Positions 10,014-18,565 of a stretch of DNA of 64,000 bases are shown here, piece by piece; the first letter of the stretch is position 1, and each line of letters begins with the position of its first letter. A model generated the notes under the pieces. That model was given only the letters and a program-made list of their open reading frames with translations, was not told the DNA's origin and ran no database searches. This stretch comes from an uncultured Gammaproteobacteria bacterium (lineage in GTDB: Bacteria; Patescibacteriota; Patescibacteriia; Buchananbacterales; UBA6539), in assembly GCA_964540635.1 (NCBI GenBank), contig CAZINP010000002.1:20963-84962 (forward strand). The letters are read 5' to 3'. The position numbers and the translations under genes are program-made.

Positions 10014-10696
10014 AAAAAGTTGCAATATTTGATATTGATGGAACAATTTTTCGTTCAAGCTTGGTCATTGAGGCGACTGAAGCGCTAATTAATGCCGGAA
10101 TTTTTCCTGCGTCATGTCGAAAAATTTATCTTCCTGCCAAAGAAAGCTGGCGCAATCGTCAGGGATCATACGAAAATTATATTCGTGCCGTTGTCTCGGC
10201 TTTTGAAAATAACATCAAAGGCGTAAAGCGATCAGATTTTTTGCGAATAGTACACTTGGTAATTGATCGCAACAAAGATTTACTTTATCGCTATACTCGC
10301 GATTTAGTTTTAGATTTGAAAAAGCAAGATTATTTTTTGTTAGCCATTTCCCATTCGCCGTTTGAATTGGTTAAAGAGTTTTCGGAAAATTTAGGTTTTG
10401 ATAAAATTTATGGTCGCATTTATGAAGTCGGCCCAAAGAAGAAATATACCAGTCAAGTTTTGTATCCCCAATTGATAGATAATAAATTTTTAATCGTCAG
10501 ACGTGCTTTGGAAAAAGAAAATTTAAGCCTTAAGGGTTCTATCGGTGTGGGGGACACAGAATCTGATATTTCTTTTTTAAAAAAAGTCAGCCGACCAATT
10601 TGTTTTAATCCCAATAAAAAACTTTATAATTACGCCAAACGCGTTGGCTGGTCAATTGTGGTTGAGCGAAAAGATGTGATTTATAAAATCAAATAG
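10010..10696 (+). CDS. HAD-IB family phosphatase (SerB-like)
   Basis: FDIDGT motif I, VGDTESD motif IV, FNP. Confidence 0.85.
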   Translation: MKKVAIFDIDGTIFRSSLVIEATEALINAGIFPASCRKIYLPAKESWRNRQGSYENYIRAVVSAFENNIKGVKRSDFLRIVHLVIDRNKDLLYRYTRDLVLDLKKQDYFLLAISHSPFELVKEFSENLGFDKIYGRIYEVGPKKKYTSQVLYPQLIDNKFLIVRRALEKENLSLKGSIGVGDTESDISFLKKVSRPICFNPNKKLYNYAKRVGWSIVVERKDVIYKIK

Positions 10697-10704
10697 TTTT
10701 TAAC

Positions 10705-10732
10705 TTGACAATGAATTTTAAAGAGTTATAAT
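10705..10732 (+). promoter_or_regulatory. Sigma70 promoter
   Basis: TTGACA-N16-TATAAT upstream of the lipoprotein pair. Confidence 0.75.
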
Positions 10733-10758
10733 GTATTTAGATGTAAATATAATTTTAA

Positions 10759-10783
10759 CAACATAGCGCCTCGGGCGTTTTTA
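10759..10783 (+). repeat. CAACATAGCG motif copy 2 with short hairpin and T-run
   Basis: CAACATAGCGCC-TCG-GGCGT-TTTT directly before ATG 10787. Confidence 0.75.
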
Positions 10784-10786
10784 TTT

Positions 10787-11363
10787 ATGAAAAAATATCT
10801 ATATTATTGCAATTTTATTATTTTTATTAACTGGCTGTAGTGATGGCAGTAGCTATATTCCTGAAAAACAGGAAGTGAAAGTAAACTTAGTATCCGATTC
10901 CGACGGTTGGAAAACATATACCAATAGGGAATGGGGTATTAAATTTAGGTTTGAGGATAAAGAAAATCAATATAAAGCCTATTCAGAAGACTCTTTTATT
11001 GATGTGCTTTATTTAAATGGATTAAGTGGGCCGCTTTATTTGCACAGAGGCAGCTTGAGTGATTTTTCTCCTGTGGCAATTGATCTTGAGGAGTATATAA
11101 CAAAGTATGCTTGGCGAGAAATTGAAAATGCAATTAAGCTTGAAGAATATAAGAAATTTGAAATAAATAAAAATATTAATGCTTATGAATTAGATATTTT
11201 ATCTAGGGGCGTACAACATCCAATTAATGTTCCCGATACATATTCAATTTTTACAATTTATTATTTGGAATATACAAAATTTAATACATTTGATTATATA
11301 AGTATTTTTGGTGAAACGGAACTGGTTGATCGGGTGTTAAAAAGTTTTGAATATATAGACTGA
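10787..11363 (+). pseudogene. Frameshifted lipoprotein (PsbP-like WKTYTN family)
   Basis: ATG 10787 (MKKYL..) is out of frame with IIAILLFLLTGC-SDG...WKTYTNREWG, which continues into ORF 10875-11363. Confidence 0.65.
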
Positions 11364-11380
11364 ATTATTATAAAAACTAT

Positions 11381-11390
11381 CAACATAGCG
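11381..11390 (+). repeat. CAACATAGCG motif copy 3
   Basis: Exact 10-mer 13 nt before ATG 11404. Confidence 0.7.
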
Positions 11391-11403
11391 CTTGATACAC
11401 TTT

Positions 11404-11985
11404 ATGAAAAAATATCTATTTATAACGATTTTATCGCTGATTTTAAGCGGTTGCCAGGGCGGGCAAGTGCCGGCCGAAACTGTACCTGATCTTTCGCTGA
11501 ATACGGTAACAACAACCGAAGAAATTGATACTTCGGATTGGCTGACGTACAAAAATGAAGAATACGGATTTGAGTTTAAGTATCCAAAAGAGTGGAATAT
11601 TAATTTTGAAAATTATACTAATATAAATTCTTTATTCAATTTAAATTTAGTATATTTGGGTCCTACGCAAATTACTGATACAGAAATTTACGATGGCGCA
11701 AGGCTGACTATAAATTTGCTTAGCTTAAAAGAATATAATATTGAATTTTATATTAACAGTTTCGATGCAGGGCTGGATTTTAGAGATGAGGAATTTTACG
11801 GTCATAAATCAAGTGTTTATAGTGGAAAGTTAAAGTATGGCGACATAGTAATTGATAACAGTAAAAGAAAAATAATATACATAAGTGATGAAAAGTACAT
11901 TTATCGATTAGAGACAGTGTCTTTTGGTGATAATGGTAACCAATATGATCAAATAATTAATTATATCCTAGCAGGTATTCCTTAA
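11404..11985 (+). CDS. Lipoprotein, CPR PsbP-related family
   Basis: Lipobox ILSGC; DTSDWLTYKNEEYGFEFKYPKEW motif. Confidence 0.75.
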   Translation: MKKYLFITILSLILSGCQGGQVPAETVPDLSLNTVTTTEEIDTSDWLTYKNEEYGFEFKYPKEWNINFENYTNINSLFNLNLVYLGPTQITDTEIYDGARLTINLLSLKEYNIEFYINSFDAGLDFRDEEFYGHKSSVYSGKLKYGDIVIDNSKRKIIYISDEKYIYRLETVSFGDNGNQYDQIINYILAGIP

Positions 11986-12022
11986 TTAGACGGAAAAAAA
12001 TTCCGATTTTCTAAAAAATAAT

Positions 12023-12066
12023 CAACATAGCGTCGTGCTTATCAGTTAAGCAAGGCGCTATTTTTT
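12023..12066 (+). repeat. CAACATAGCG motif copy 4 with long hairpin and T6 (terminator-like)
   Basis: TAGCGTC-G-TGCTTA-TCAGT-TAAGCA-A-GGCGCTA-TTTTTT. Confidence 0.75.
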
Positions 12067-12108
12067 ATAGAAGGTTCTTTGACAATCCAACAAACAAGGA
12101 GATGAGAC

Positions 12109-15100
12109 ATGTTTAGAATTACGTTTTGTTGCTTTTTGTTCATGTGTTCGGCTTATTCAGAAAAGCCAATGCTCAAACTCCCGTTTTCAGCTGGTCAAAT
12201 TTGGTCAATCACTGTTGGTTACGGTGGTAGCGATTATCATCAAAATGATGATTTTTATGCGCTTGATTTCAATCTTCCTGGAGATTCTGATCTGGGACAG
12301 CCAATCTTGGCAGCGGCATCGGGAGAAATTTTCTACGCTGGTTGGATGAATGGCTACGGTTGGACCGTGATCATTGATCATGGCTATGGTTACAAAACCA
12401 GATATGCGCATTTGAATTTAGCGCCTACCGTATCCGGTAGAATTTTACAGGGTCAAGAGATTGGAAAATGTGGTTCGTCGGGTGGGACAAGTACCGGTCC
12501 ACATCTTCATTTTGTGATGTATTTTAATGGTGGTCCTGAAATCCCAGAGCCAATGTCGGGTTATGCAAATTTTCAGGTTGGTGGTCGATATGTTTCTGAT
12601 AACTTTTTTTATAGTCAGGAGTTAGTTATCGGCTACCATCCAGATGGCTCTATCTCTCAGCCAATCCTTGACTACTACAGTCGTCCGGAACAAAACCTTG
12701 GTCAGCCGTTTGATAACGGCGGTGGACTTTACGTTCATGACTGGTCAAGCCAAGACGGCACGACCAAAATTACGCTTCAGGATTTTTGCTTAGGCAGTCC
12801 TGGGGTTGGCACACATTGCGCCATTGTTGAGTCCGTTGATGGAAACGCATACTCGCTGAAAGGTGCTTTTCGCTGGTACTACATGCAAAAAACCTACGAC
12901 GGCATGCCTTTTGATGCCGTTAAACTGCTTGGACCGCCAATTAACGATGGCGGAGCCACAGTTTACTATCCGATTTTGCCTGACGGAACCTTTGATTGTG
13001 TTGCCGGAAAGACCAGATGCTATGTCACCCAGAGCTTTGCCAATGGGTATGACTTTGTCTGGGACGGTAGCAAGGTTTGGTTGGTTCAAAATGTTTGCGG
13101 CCTGAATAAGGCGTTGAAATCGGTGGATTTTGACTGTAATGGTCAGCCTTACGAATTTCAGATTGCCGGCAGTTTGCCGGCAGAACCGGGATGCATTACG
13201 CTTCACGGTGCGGCCAATTGCTCTACCGGCGTTTATTTGGAGTGGTCAGATACTTTGTATCAAAGCCAGTTCTATCGTTTGTGGTCAAACGGCCAGCTGA
13301 GGGCAAATGTCGGGGCCAGGGGATACAGTGATTATCCGCTTTGGCCTTCAACAACCTATCGCTATCAGGTGGAAGCAATAACTTTTTCGGGGATGTCGCT
13401 GGGTTTCAGCAATGAAATCGTGGTGACCACACCGGAAAGTGAGCAGGAACCCGGTGGCGATTTGGGCGAGCCCTTTCCAGCGCGAATTGAGGCAACTTTG
13501 TCCGAATGCCTTTGGGTGTGGGGACAAACCTCTTCGCAAAACGGGATTTATTTGACGGCTCAAGTTTTTGACCAATACGGTCAACTGATGCCAAACGAAG
13601 AGGTGGTTTTTACCTCATCAAAGCCTTTGGTTTTTTGCGTCAATTTTGATTCCGGTTGGTGCAGTGCTGATGATGTTGGTCAAGCTGAAGTCTGGGCTCA
13701 GCACCGCGATTGGAGCGGCATTCGCTCGCAGAGAATCGCGGTCACTGTGGTCAACCAACTTCCGCCCGAGCCGATTGAACCGGATGTTTATGAATCATCA
13801 GGCTTGAAGCTTGAAAACTTCAACCTTTTGAGCCAAGGGCCGTTTGTAGAGTATTGTGGGTTGTTTTATTCGGTTCTGATTAGCAACCCGACCGATCAGC
13901 CCATTACTTTTTATGGGCCTCAGCTTTACCATTTTGACTTGAACGGCAAAACGGTTGGGGATTCGCCCTACAGCATTATTCCCACCACATTGCAGCCGGG
14001 TCAGTCGCAAGGTTTTGCTGACAGCGGCGGTCAAATTGGAGCGGCCGGAGAGTATTACTTGATGGCTATGGTCAACTTTGATGGACAATATGCTTCGCCG
14101 CGATATGTGATTGACGATTGTGCGGCTGGCATCAGCAGTAAGATTTACGTCAAATCTGTTTCTCAGGACGATTTAAAGGCAGACCTACAGGCCTTTGATC
14201 TCTACCTGGATAACTCTGCTCCATCAACCAATGATTTGATTGGCCTTAACGCTCGAGTTTTTAACTTCGGGCGAAAAAAAGTTGACGCGTCCTTTTCGGT
14301 CAGTATTGAGATTCGTGGAATCGGCAGTCAGTTCTGTGAAGTCGCCGGACTTGAGCCAAACAGCTATGAGTCCTGCAATATGTTCTTTGGCCCTTTGCCG
14401 GCAGGAGCATATACGGCCGATCTGATTGTTGATTCGCAAAACTCCATTCTGGAGGAAAACGAAGGCAATAATGTGGCACATTTGCCTTTTACGGTTTCGT
14501 CAATGAATCTGCCGCCGGTTATTATTACCGATTTGGCAGATAAAACAGTGGCGCAAGGCTCCAAGGTGATTTTTGAGGTTTTAGCCACGATTGCCGATCC
14601 GCCGAATGATCAAACTGATTTGCCAATAAGCTATCAGTGGCAGCATAACGGGCAGGAGGTGATTGCCAACAATTCTTCCCAGTTAATTCTGGAAAATGTC
14701 GGTTTTGACCAGGCAGGAAGCTATGCCTGCGTGGTTACAACCGCCAATGGTTTTGCTGCATCTAGCCGCACGGCCATTCTCACGGTTTTGCCAAAATTGA
14801 AAATCACCTCTCAGCCACAAGTTCTCACCTTGTTTCAGGGTCAAGCTCTTGAGAATTGTTTGCAGGCGGTTGGTGCTGGAACCTTGTCGTACCAGTGGTA
14901 CAAAGATGGCAAGATCATCTCCGGACAGAATCAACCTTGCTTGAAAATCGCATCGGTTCTTACTTCCGACTCCGGGTTCTATCATTGTCGGGTGACTGAT
15001 GTGGCTGCTGGTTTAACGCAGCGACTAAACACAAAAGTTGTTCAGTTGTCGGTGCGTCAAGTTGGTTCTGGTGCGCCGGCCGTTTATCTGGAGTATGTGG

Positions 15101-16302
15101 ACGGTGAGAGTGTCATCACGGGACGTCTTCAGGCAAATCAATGGGCATTGGGCGGGCTTCTTTTGAATCCCTACTCTTTGCCGGCCAAAAAGACGTATGC
15201 TGATGTCCAAAATCTGGGCTTACGATTTACGCAGAGTAAGGAGCCCAAGGTTTGTCTTGATGACGGAGAGCAAATTTTGCTTGATGAAAACGGCAATTCG
15301 CTTAAAGACAATCTTTACGACGGAATTGGTTTTGACGCCACGCGCAGTTTTGAGGTCAACCTTTTCGTTGGCAGGACATTGTACTGCAGGCTAAGGCCCT
15401 ATCTGATCATTTCCGGCAAGGTTTATTACCTTAATCTGGAGGTGGTCAAGATTTATTTGAACGGGAACGAACTTGCTGTTTCAAACGGCCAAGCCTTACT
15501 CTATTTGGCCACCGTCAACCCGCAGTTGCAGATAACACTGCAACCAATTGATCGAACCGTTAAAACTGGCGCCAATTTGTATTTCAAGGTCGCTGCCGTC
15601 GGCGATCCGGTGATTACCTACGCCTGGTTTAAGGACGGTCAGGCTGTGCCCAGCGGAAATAAGGCAATTTTGCGTCTATTGGGCGTGTGTTTGGATGCAG
15701 CAGGCGAGTACTCGTGTTTGGTCAAGACTTCGGCCGGAAAAGAAGTTTGGTCATTGCCGGCCAGGTTGACTGTTTACCAGAAGTTGCAGATCCTAAGTCA
15801 GCCCGTTTCCGTTGCGCTTAGGGAAGGTGATTCTGGCTTTTTTGAAGTTGAGGCAATTGGGCAAGGAGAGCTTTTCTATCAATGGAGAAAAGACGGGAAA
15901 AAAATTCTTGGCGCAAATCAGTCTTGTCTTGAGTTTGAGTCTGTGGCAAAATCTCAGATTGGCAGCTATACCTGTTTAGTTTCAGACAGTTGTCCAGGAA
16001 CGGCTCAGCGGTTGCTGAGTCAAGCGGCTGATTTGTCAATTTTGCCTGAAATGCAAGTTGTGGTTTGCGTCGAAAAGATTGATTCGGAGTTTATTGAGTG
16101 CCAGCCATCGGCTCGCGCCAACCCGGGTCAGACCGTTCATTTTTCTTGCCAGGTGCAAAACGGCATCGCGCCATTTTCCTATCAATGGTTTTTCAATGGC
16201 GATGTATTGCCGGGTGAGATTGGATCAACTTTGGTCAAAACCGAGGTTTCAAACGACGAAGAGGGCGCTTATAATTGCCAAGTGACTGATTCGTCTGGTT
16301 GA
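12109..16302 (+). CDS. Large secreted M23 metallopeptidase with LGFP-like, Fn3-like, CARDB and multiple Ig-like domains
   Basis: Signal peptide; H..YALDF, YAHL, GPHLHF (M23 Zn ligands); VDSQNSILEENEGNN (CARDB); about five YQW.KDG...G.Y.C.V Ig repeats; AAGGAG RBS. Confidence 0.85.
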   Translation: MFRITFCCFLFMCSAYSEKPMLKLPFSAGQIWSITVGYGGSDYHQNDDFYALDFNLPGDSDLGQPILAAASGEIFYAGWMNGYGWTVIIDHGYGYKTRYAHLNLAPTVSGRILQGQEIGKCGSSGGTSTGPHLHFVMYFNGGPEIPEPMSGYANFQVGGRYVSDNFFYSQELVIGYHPDGSISQPILDYYSRPEQNLGQPFDNGGGLYVHDWSSQDGTTKITLQDFCLGSPGVGTHCAIVESVDGNAYSLKGAFRWYYMQKTYDGMPFDAVKLLGPPINDGGATVYYPILPDGTFDCVAGKTRCYVTQSFANGYDFVWDGSKVWLVQNVCGLNKALKSVDFDCNGQPYEFQIAGSLPAEPGCITLHGAANCSTGVYLEWSDTLYQSQFYRLWSNGQLRANVGARGYSDYPLWPSTTYRYQVEAITFSGMSLGFSNEIVVTTPESEQEPGGDLGEPFPARIEATLSECLWVWGQTSSQNGIYLTAQVFDQYGQLMPNEEVVFTSSKPLVFCVNFDSGWCSADDVGQAEVWAQHRDWSGIRSQRIAVTVVNQLPPEPIEPDVYESSGLKLENFNLLSQGPFVEYCGLFYSVLISNPTDQPITFYGPQLYHFDLNGKTVGDSPYSIIPTTLQPGQSQGFADSGGQIGAAGEYYLMAMVNFDGQYASPRYVIDDCAAGISSKIYVKSVSQDDLKADLQAFDLYLDNSAPSTNDLIGLNARVFNFGRKKVDASFSVSIEIRGIGSQFCEVAGLEPNSYESCNMFFGPLPAGAYTADLIVDSQNSILEENEGNNVAHLPFTVSSMNLPPVIITDLADKTVAQGSKVIFEVLATIADPPNDQTDLPISYQWQHNGQEVIANNSSQLILENVGFDQAGSYACVVTTANGFAASSRTAILTVLPKLKITSQPQVLTLFQGQALENCLQAVGAGTLSYQWYKDGKIISGQNQPCLKIASVLTSDSGFYHCRVTDVAAGLTQRLNTKVVQLSVRQVGSGAPAVYLEYVDGESVITGRLQANQWALGGLLLNPYSLPAKKTYADVQNLGLRFTQSKEPKVCLDDGEQILLDENGNSLKDNLYDGIGFDATRSFEVNLFVGRTLYCRLRPYLIISGKVYYLNLEVVKIYLNGNELAVSNGQALLYLATVNPQLQITLQPIDRTVKTGANLYFKVAAVGDPVITYAWFKDGQAVPSGNKAILRLLGVCLDAAGEYSCLVKTSAGKEVWSLPARLTVYQKLQILSQPVSVALREGDSGFFEVEAIGQGELFYQWRKDGKKILGANQSCLEFESVAKSQIGSYTCLVSDSCPGTAQRLLSQAADLSILPEMQVVVCVEKIDSEFIECQPSARANPGQTVHFSCQVQNGIAPFSYQWFFNGDVLPGEIGSTLVKTEVSNDEEGAYNCQVTDSSG

Positions 16303-16328
16303 ACCAAAAAATTGTTCATTGTCTTTTT

Positions 16329-16356
16329 GCGGCTGCCGCTGGTGGCCGCTTTTTTT
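16329..16356 (+). terminator. Intrinsic terminator of the M23 gene
   Basis: GCGGCTGCC-GCT-GGTGGCCGC-TTTTTTT. Confidence 0.75.
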
Positions 16357-16358
16357 AT

Positions 16359-16604
16359 AAAAAAAAGACCGCCAGCGAAAACACGGTGGTCTTCTGGTTG
16401 TGGAGCGGCCTTAGAGGAAGACTACGTTATCCGGTTTAGAGCCGGCGCGTTGTCTTAATGCCGCTTGTTCAAGCGATTTCGGGTATAGGCACCCGTAAGT
16501 GAATTGAGGGATTCGCTCGCCGCTACTACCCTCGGCTTGCCACAACTTTAACTGGCGTAGTCCCGTAAGCTCATGGCTGGATAGGGACCGGATTCCAGCT
16601 CGCT
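16359..16604 (-). ncRNA. Unidentified ~245-nt structured non-coding RNA
   Basis: GC-rich ORF-free segment bounded by TTGACA-N17-TAAGAT and a hairpin+U8 terminator; several stems, a loop-E module and potential pseudoknots. Confidence 0.7.
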
Positions 16605-16610
16605 GAGAAA

Positions 16611-16639
16611 ATCTTATCTTTTAGAAATTAATTTGTCAA
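16611..16639 (-). promoter_or_regulatory. Sigma70 promoter of the unidentified ncRNA
   Basis: Minus strand TTGACA (16639-16634), 17-nt spacer, TAAGAT (16616-16611). Confidence 0.75.
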
Positions 16640-16641
16640 AC

Positions 16642-16670
16642 AAAAAAATATCTCAAAGAGATATTCTTTT
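16642..16670 (-). terminator. Probable terminator of rnpB
   Basis: Minus strand AATATCTC-TTT-GAGATATT followed by T-run. Confidence 0.55.
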
Positions 16671-17050
16671 TTGTCCAAGTAAACTAGTAAGCCGAATTCT
16701 GTTTTTTGGTTTGCACCAAAATGATGATCATCTATCTGGGATCAATGTTGCCATTGACCTCAAGCTGCCTACCTAATTTGGCATTGCACCTGGCAGGGGT
16801 TTACCACGCAGACCGTCACCGGTCATTCGCGCGTGAGCTCTTACCTCACGTTTTCAACCTTACCGTTCTCGCAAGCGAGACTTAGGCGGTATGTTTTCTG
16901 TTGCACTTGCCCTAAGCTTGGCAAAAATTCAGAAGTCTTAAGAACTTCTGGCTTTTTGTTACTCTCGGTTCCCGTTAGGAACTGCCTTTTTGTGGTGTTC
17001 GGACTTTCCTCTCCGACGAGTCGGAGCGATCATCTTGTTTACTTGGACAA
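16671..17050 (-). ncRNA. rnpB: RNase P RNA (A-type-like, reduced P15-P17 region)
   Basis: Minus strand GAGGAAAGUCCGAAC, AGUGCAACAGAAA, GGUAAACCCC, ACAGAAUUCGGCUUA; terminal P1 helix UUGUCCAAGUAAAC/GUUUACUUGGACAA; upstream TTGACT-N17-TATTAT. Confidence 0.96.
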
Positions 17051-17161
17051 TGGGAATAATATCATAAAATGAGTAAAAAGTCAATATTGAGCTTGCTTGA
17101 CTAATGTTTTAAATATTGAAATAATATGTGCTTTTTGTTATGATTAAATCTGAAATTACAT

Positions 17162-18565
17162 ATGAAGAGATCCGAATTAGCCTTAACGGCAGTTAAGCCG
17201 CCACTTGATTATTTTAACTTGATTTTGGCGGCTATTGTTGCATATATTTTACGTTACCAGCCATTTACTCAAAAAATTAGGCCGGTGGTTTTTGATTTAC
17301 CTTTTTCGGATTACATATCAATTGCTTTGCCTATTGCCATTGGTTGGATTGTAATTTTTGTAATTTCCGGCCTTTATTCCGTTGGCGGGTTTAAGTCATT
17401 GCGTGAAGAGTTGGCCAGAGTTTTTGTTGCCTGTTCGGCCGGCTTGGCCTTAGTTTTAGCGGTAATGGTTTTTACTCGTTTTTTATTTGATTCCCGTTTT
17501 ATTATTTTAACTTCCTGGATTCTGGCTTTTATTTTTGTAAGTTTGGGGAGAATAATTCTTCAGATTATAAAAAAACAATCATATAAATTTGGTATTGGTG
17601 TTCATCGCTTGGCCTTAATTGGCGATAGTAAAATTGCTCAATTGCTAAATGACGAATTTACCAGTCGACCGACCTTGGGTTATCGAGTAGTTTATCAGGC
17701 CGAAGAGTTTAGCGATACGGTTCAAAGCGAACTTTTTGAATTGAAGAAAAATGATGGCATTGATGAGTTGATCCAAATTAGACCAAATATGTGCGGCCAG
17801 AGAACCATTGATTTAATCAATTTTGCCGAGGAAAATCACTTTGACTTTAAGTATACTGCCGATTTATTAGGTGCACATTTGATAAATCTGGAAGTTAGCA
17901 CTTATGCCGGGCTGCCAATAATAGAAGTGAAGCGCACGCCACTTGATGGCTGGGGGAGGATTCACAAAAGAATTTTTGATATTGCCGTTTCCGGTGTCTT
18001 AATTATTTTATTTTCACCAATAATGTTGATCACTGCCTTGGCGGTTAAATTAACTTCGCCCGGTCCGATACTTTTTAAATATAAGCGTATTGGTCAAAAT
18101 GGTAAGGCGTTTACTTATTTTAAATTCAGATCAATGATTGATAAAGCGCATGAGCTGCGTTTTGATGAAAAGTTTGTCAGCCAGCATGATAATTTACGAG
18201 CCGGCAGTCCGATGATGAAATTTGCCAATGATCCCAGGATTACACCAGTCGGACGATTTATCAGGCGTTTTTCGATTGACGAATTAACGGAATTATTTTT
18301 AGTTTTTGGCGGAAAGATGAGTTTGGTTGGCCCCAGGCCGCATGAGGTTGAGGAGGTAGAGAAGTACAAGCATCACCACAAAAAGGTTTTAACCATCAAA
18401 CCCGGTATGTCTGGTTTGGCGCAAATTTCCGGTCGTTCAGATCTTAATTTTGAAGATGAAGTTAAATTAGATATTTATTATATTGAAAATTGGTCGTTGG
18501 GTTTAGACTTACAGATATTATTCAAAACCCCAATGGCGGTTTTAAGAAGGAGAAATGCAGAATGA
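17162..18565 (+). CDS. Undecaprenyl-phosphate sugar phosphotransferase (WcaJ/CpsE-like priming transferase)
   Basis: N-terminal TMs; KRIFD, FKFRSM, DPRITPVGRFIRRFSIDE, MSLVGPRP, YIENWSL. Confidence 0.92.
   Translation: MKRSELALTAVKPPLDYFNLILAAIVAYILRYQPFTQKIRPVVFDLPFSDYISIALPIAIGWIVIFVISGLYSVGGFKSLREELARVFVACSAGLALVLAVMVFTRFLFDSRFIILTSWILAFIFVSLGRIILQIIKKQSYKFGIGVHRLALIGDSKIAQLLNDEFTSRPTLGYRVVYQAEEFSDTVQSELFELKKNDGIDELIQIRPNMCGQRTIDLINFAEENHFDFKYTADLLGAHLINLEVSTYAGLPIIEVKRTPLDGWGRIHKRIFDIAVSGVLIILFSPIMLITALAVKLTSPGPILFKYKRIGQNGKAFTYFKFRSMIDKAHELRFDEKFVSQHDNLRAGSPMMKFANDPRITPVGRFIRRFSIDELTELFLVFGGKMSLVGPRPHEVEEVEKYKHHHKKVLTIKPGMSGLAQISGRSDLNFEDEVKLDIYYIENWSLGLDLQILFKTPMAVLRRRNAE

Noticed and set aside
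10721-10748. dif-like sequence AAGAGTTATAA-TGTATT-TAGATGTAAAT
   Set aside because: XerD arm matches the consensus poorly and the segment is explained by a -10 box.
16300-16302. TGA as recoded Gly (genetic code 25) in the M23 gene
   Set aside because: All long ORFs are intact under code 11 and no internal TGA occurs in 1397 codons.
16394-16604. Unknown RNA as HEARO/omega RNA, raiA motif, c-di-AMP riboswitch, SRP, 6S or tmRNA
   Set aside because: Only short coincidences (GACTACGTTAT on +, UAGUAG..AGCGAA loop E). The remaining conserved blocks, associated IscB or downstream ORF, and expected architectures were not found by eye; cmscan is still needed.
16833-17072. 79-aa + strand ORF
   Set aside because: Antisense to RNase P RNA; spurious.
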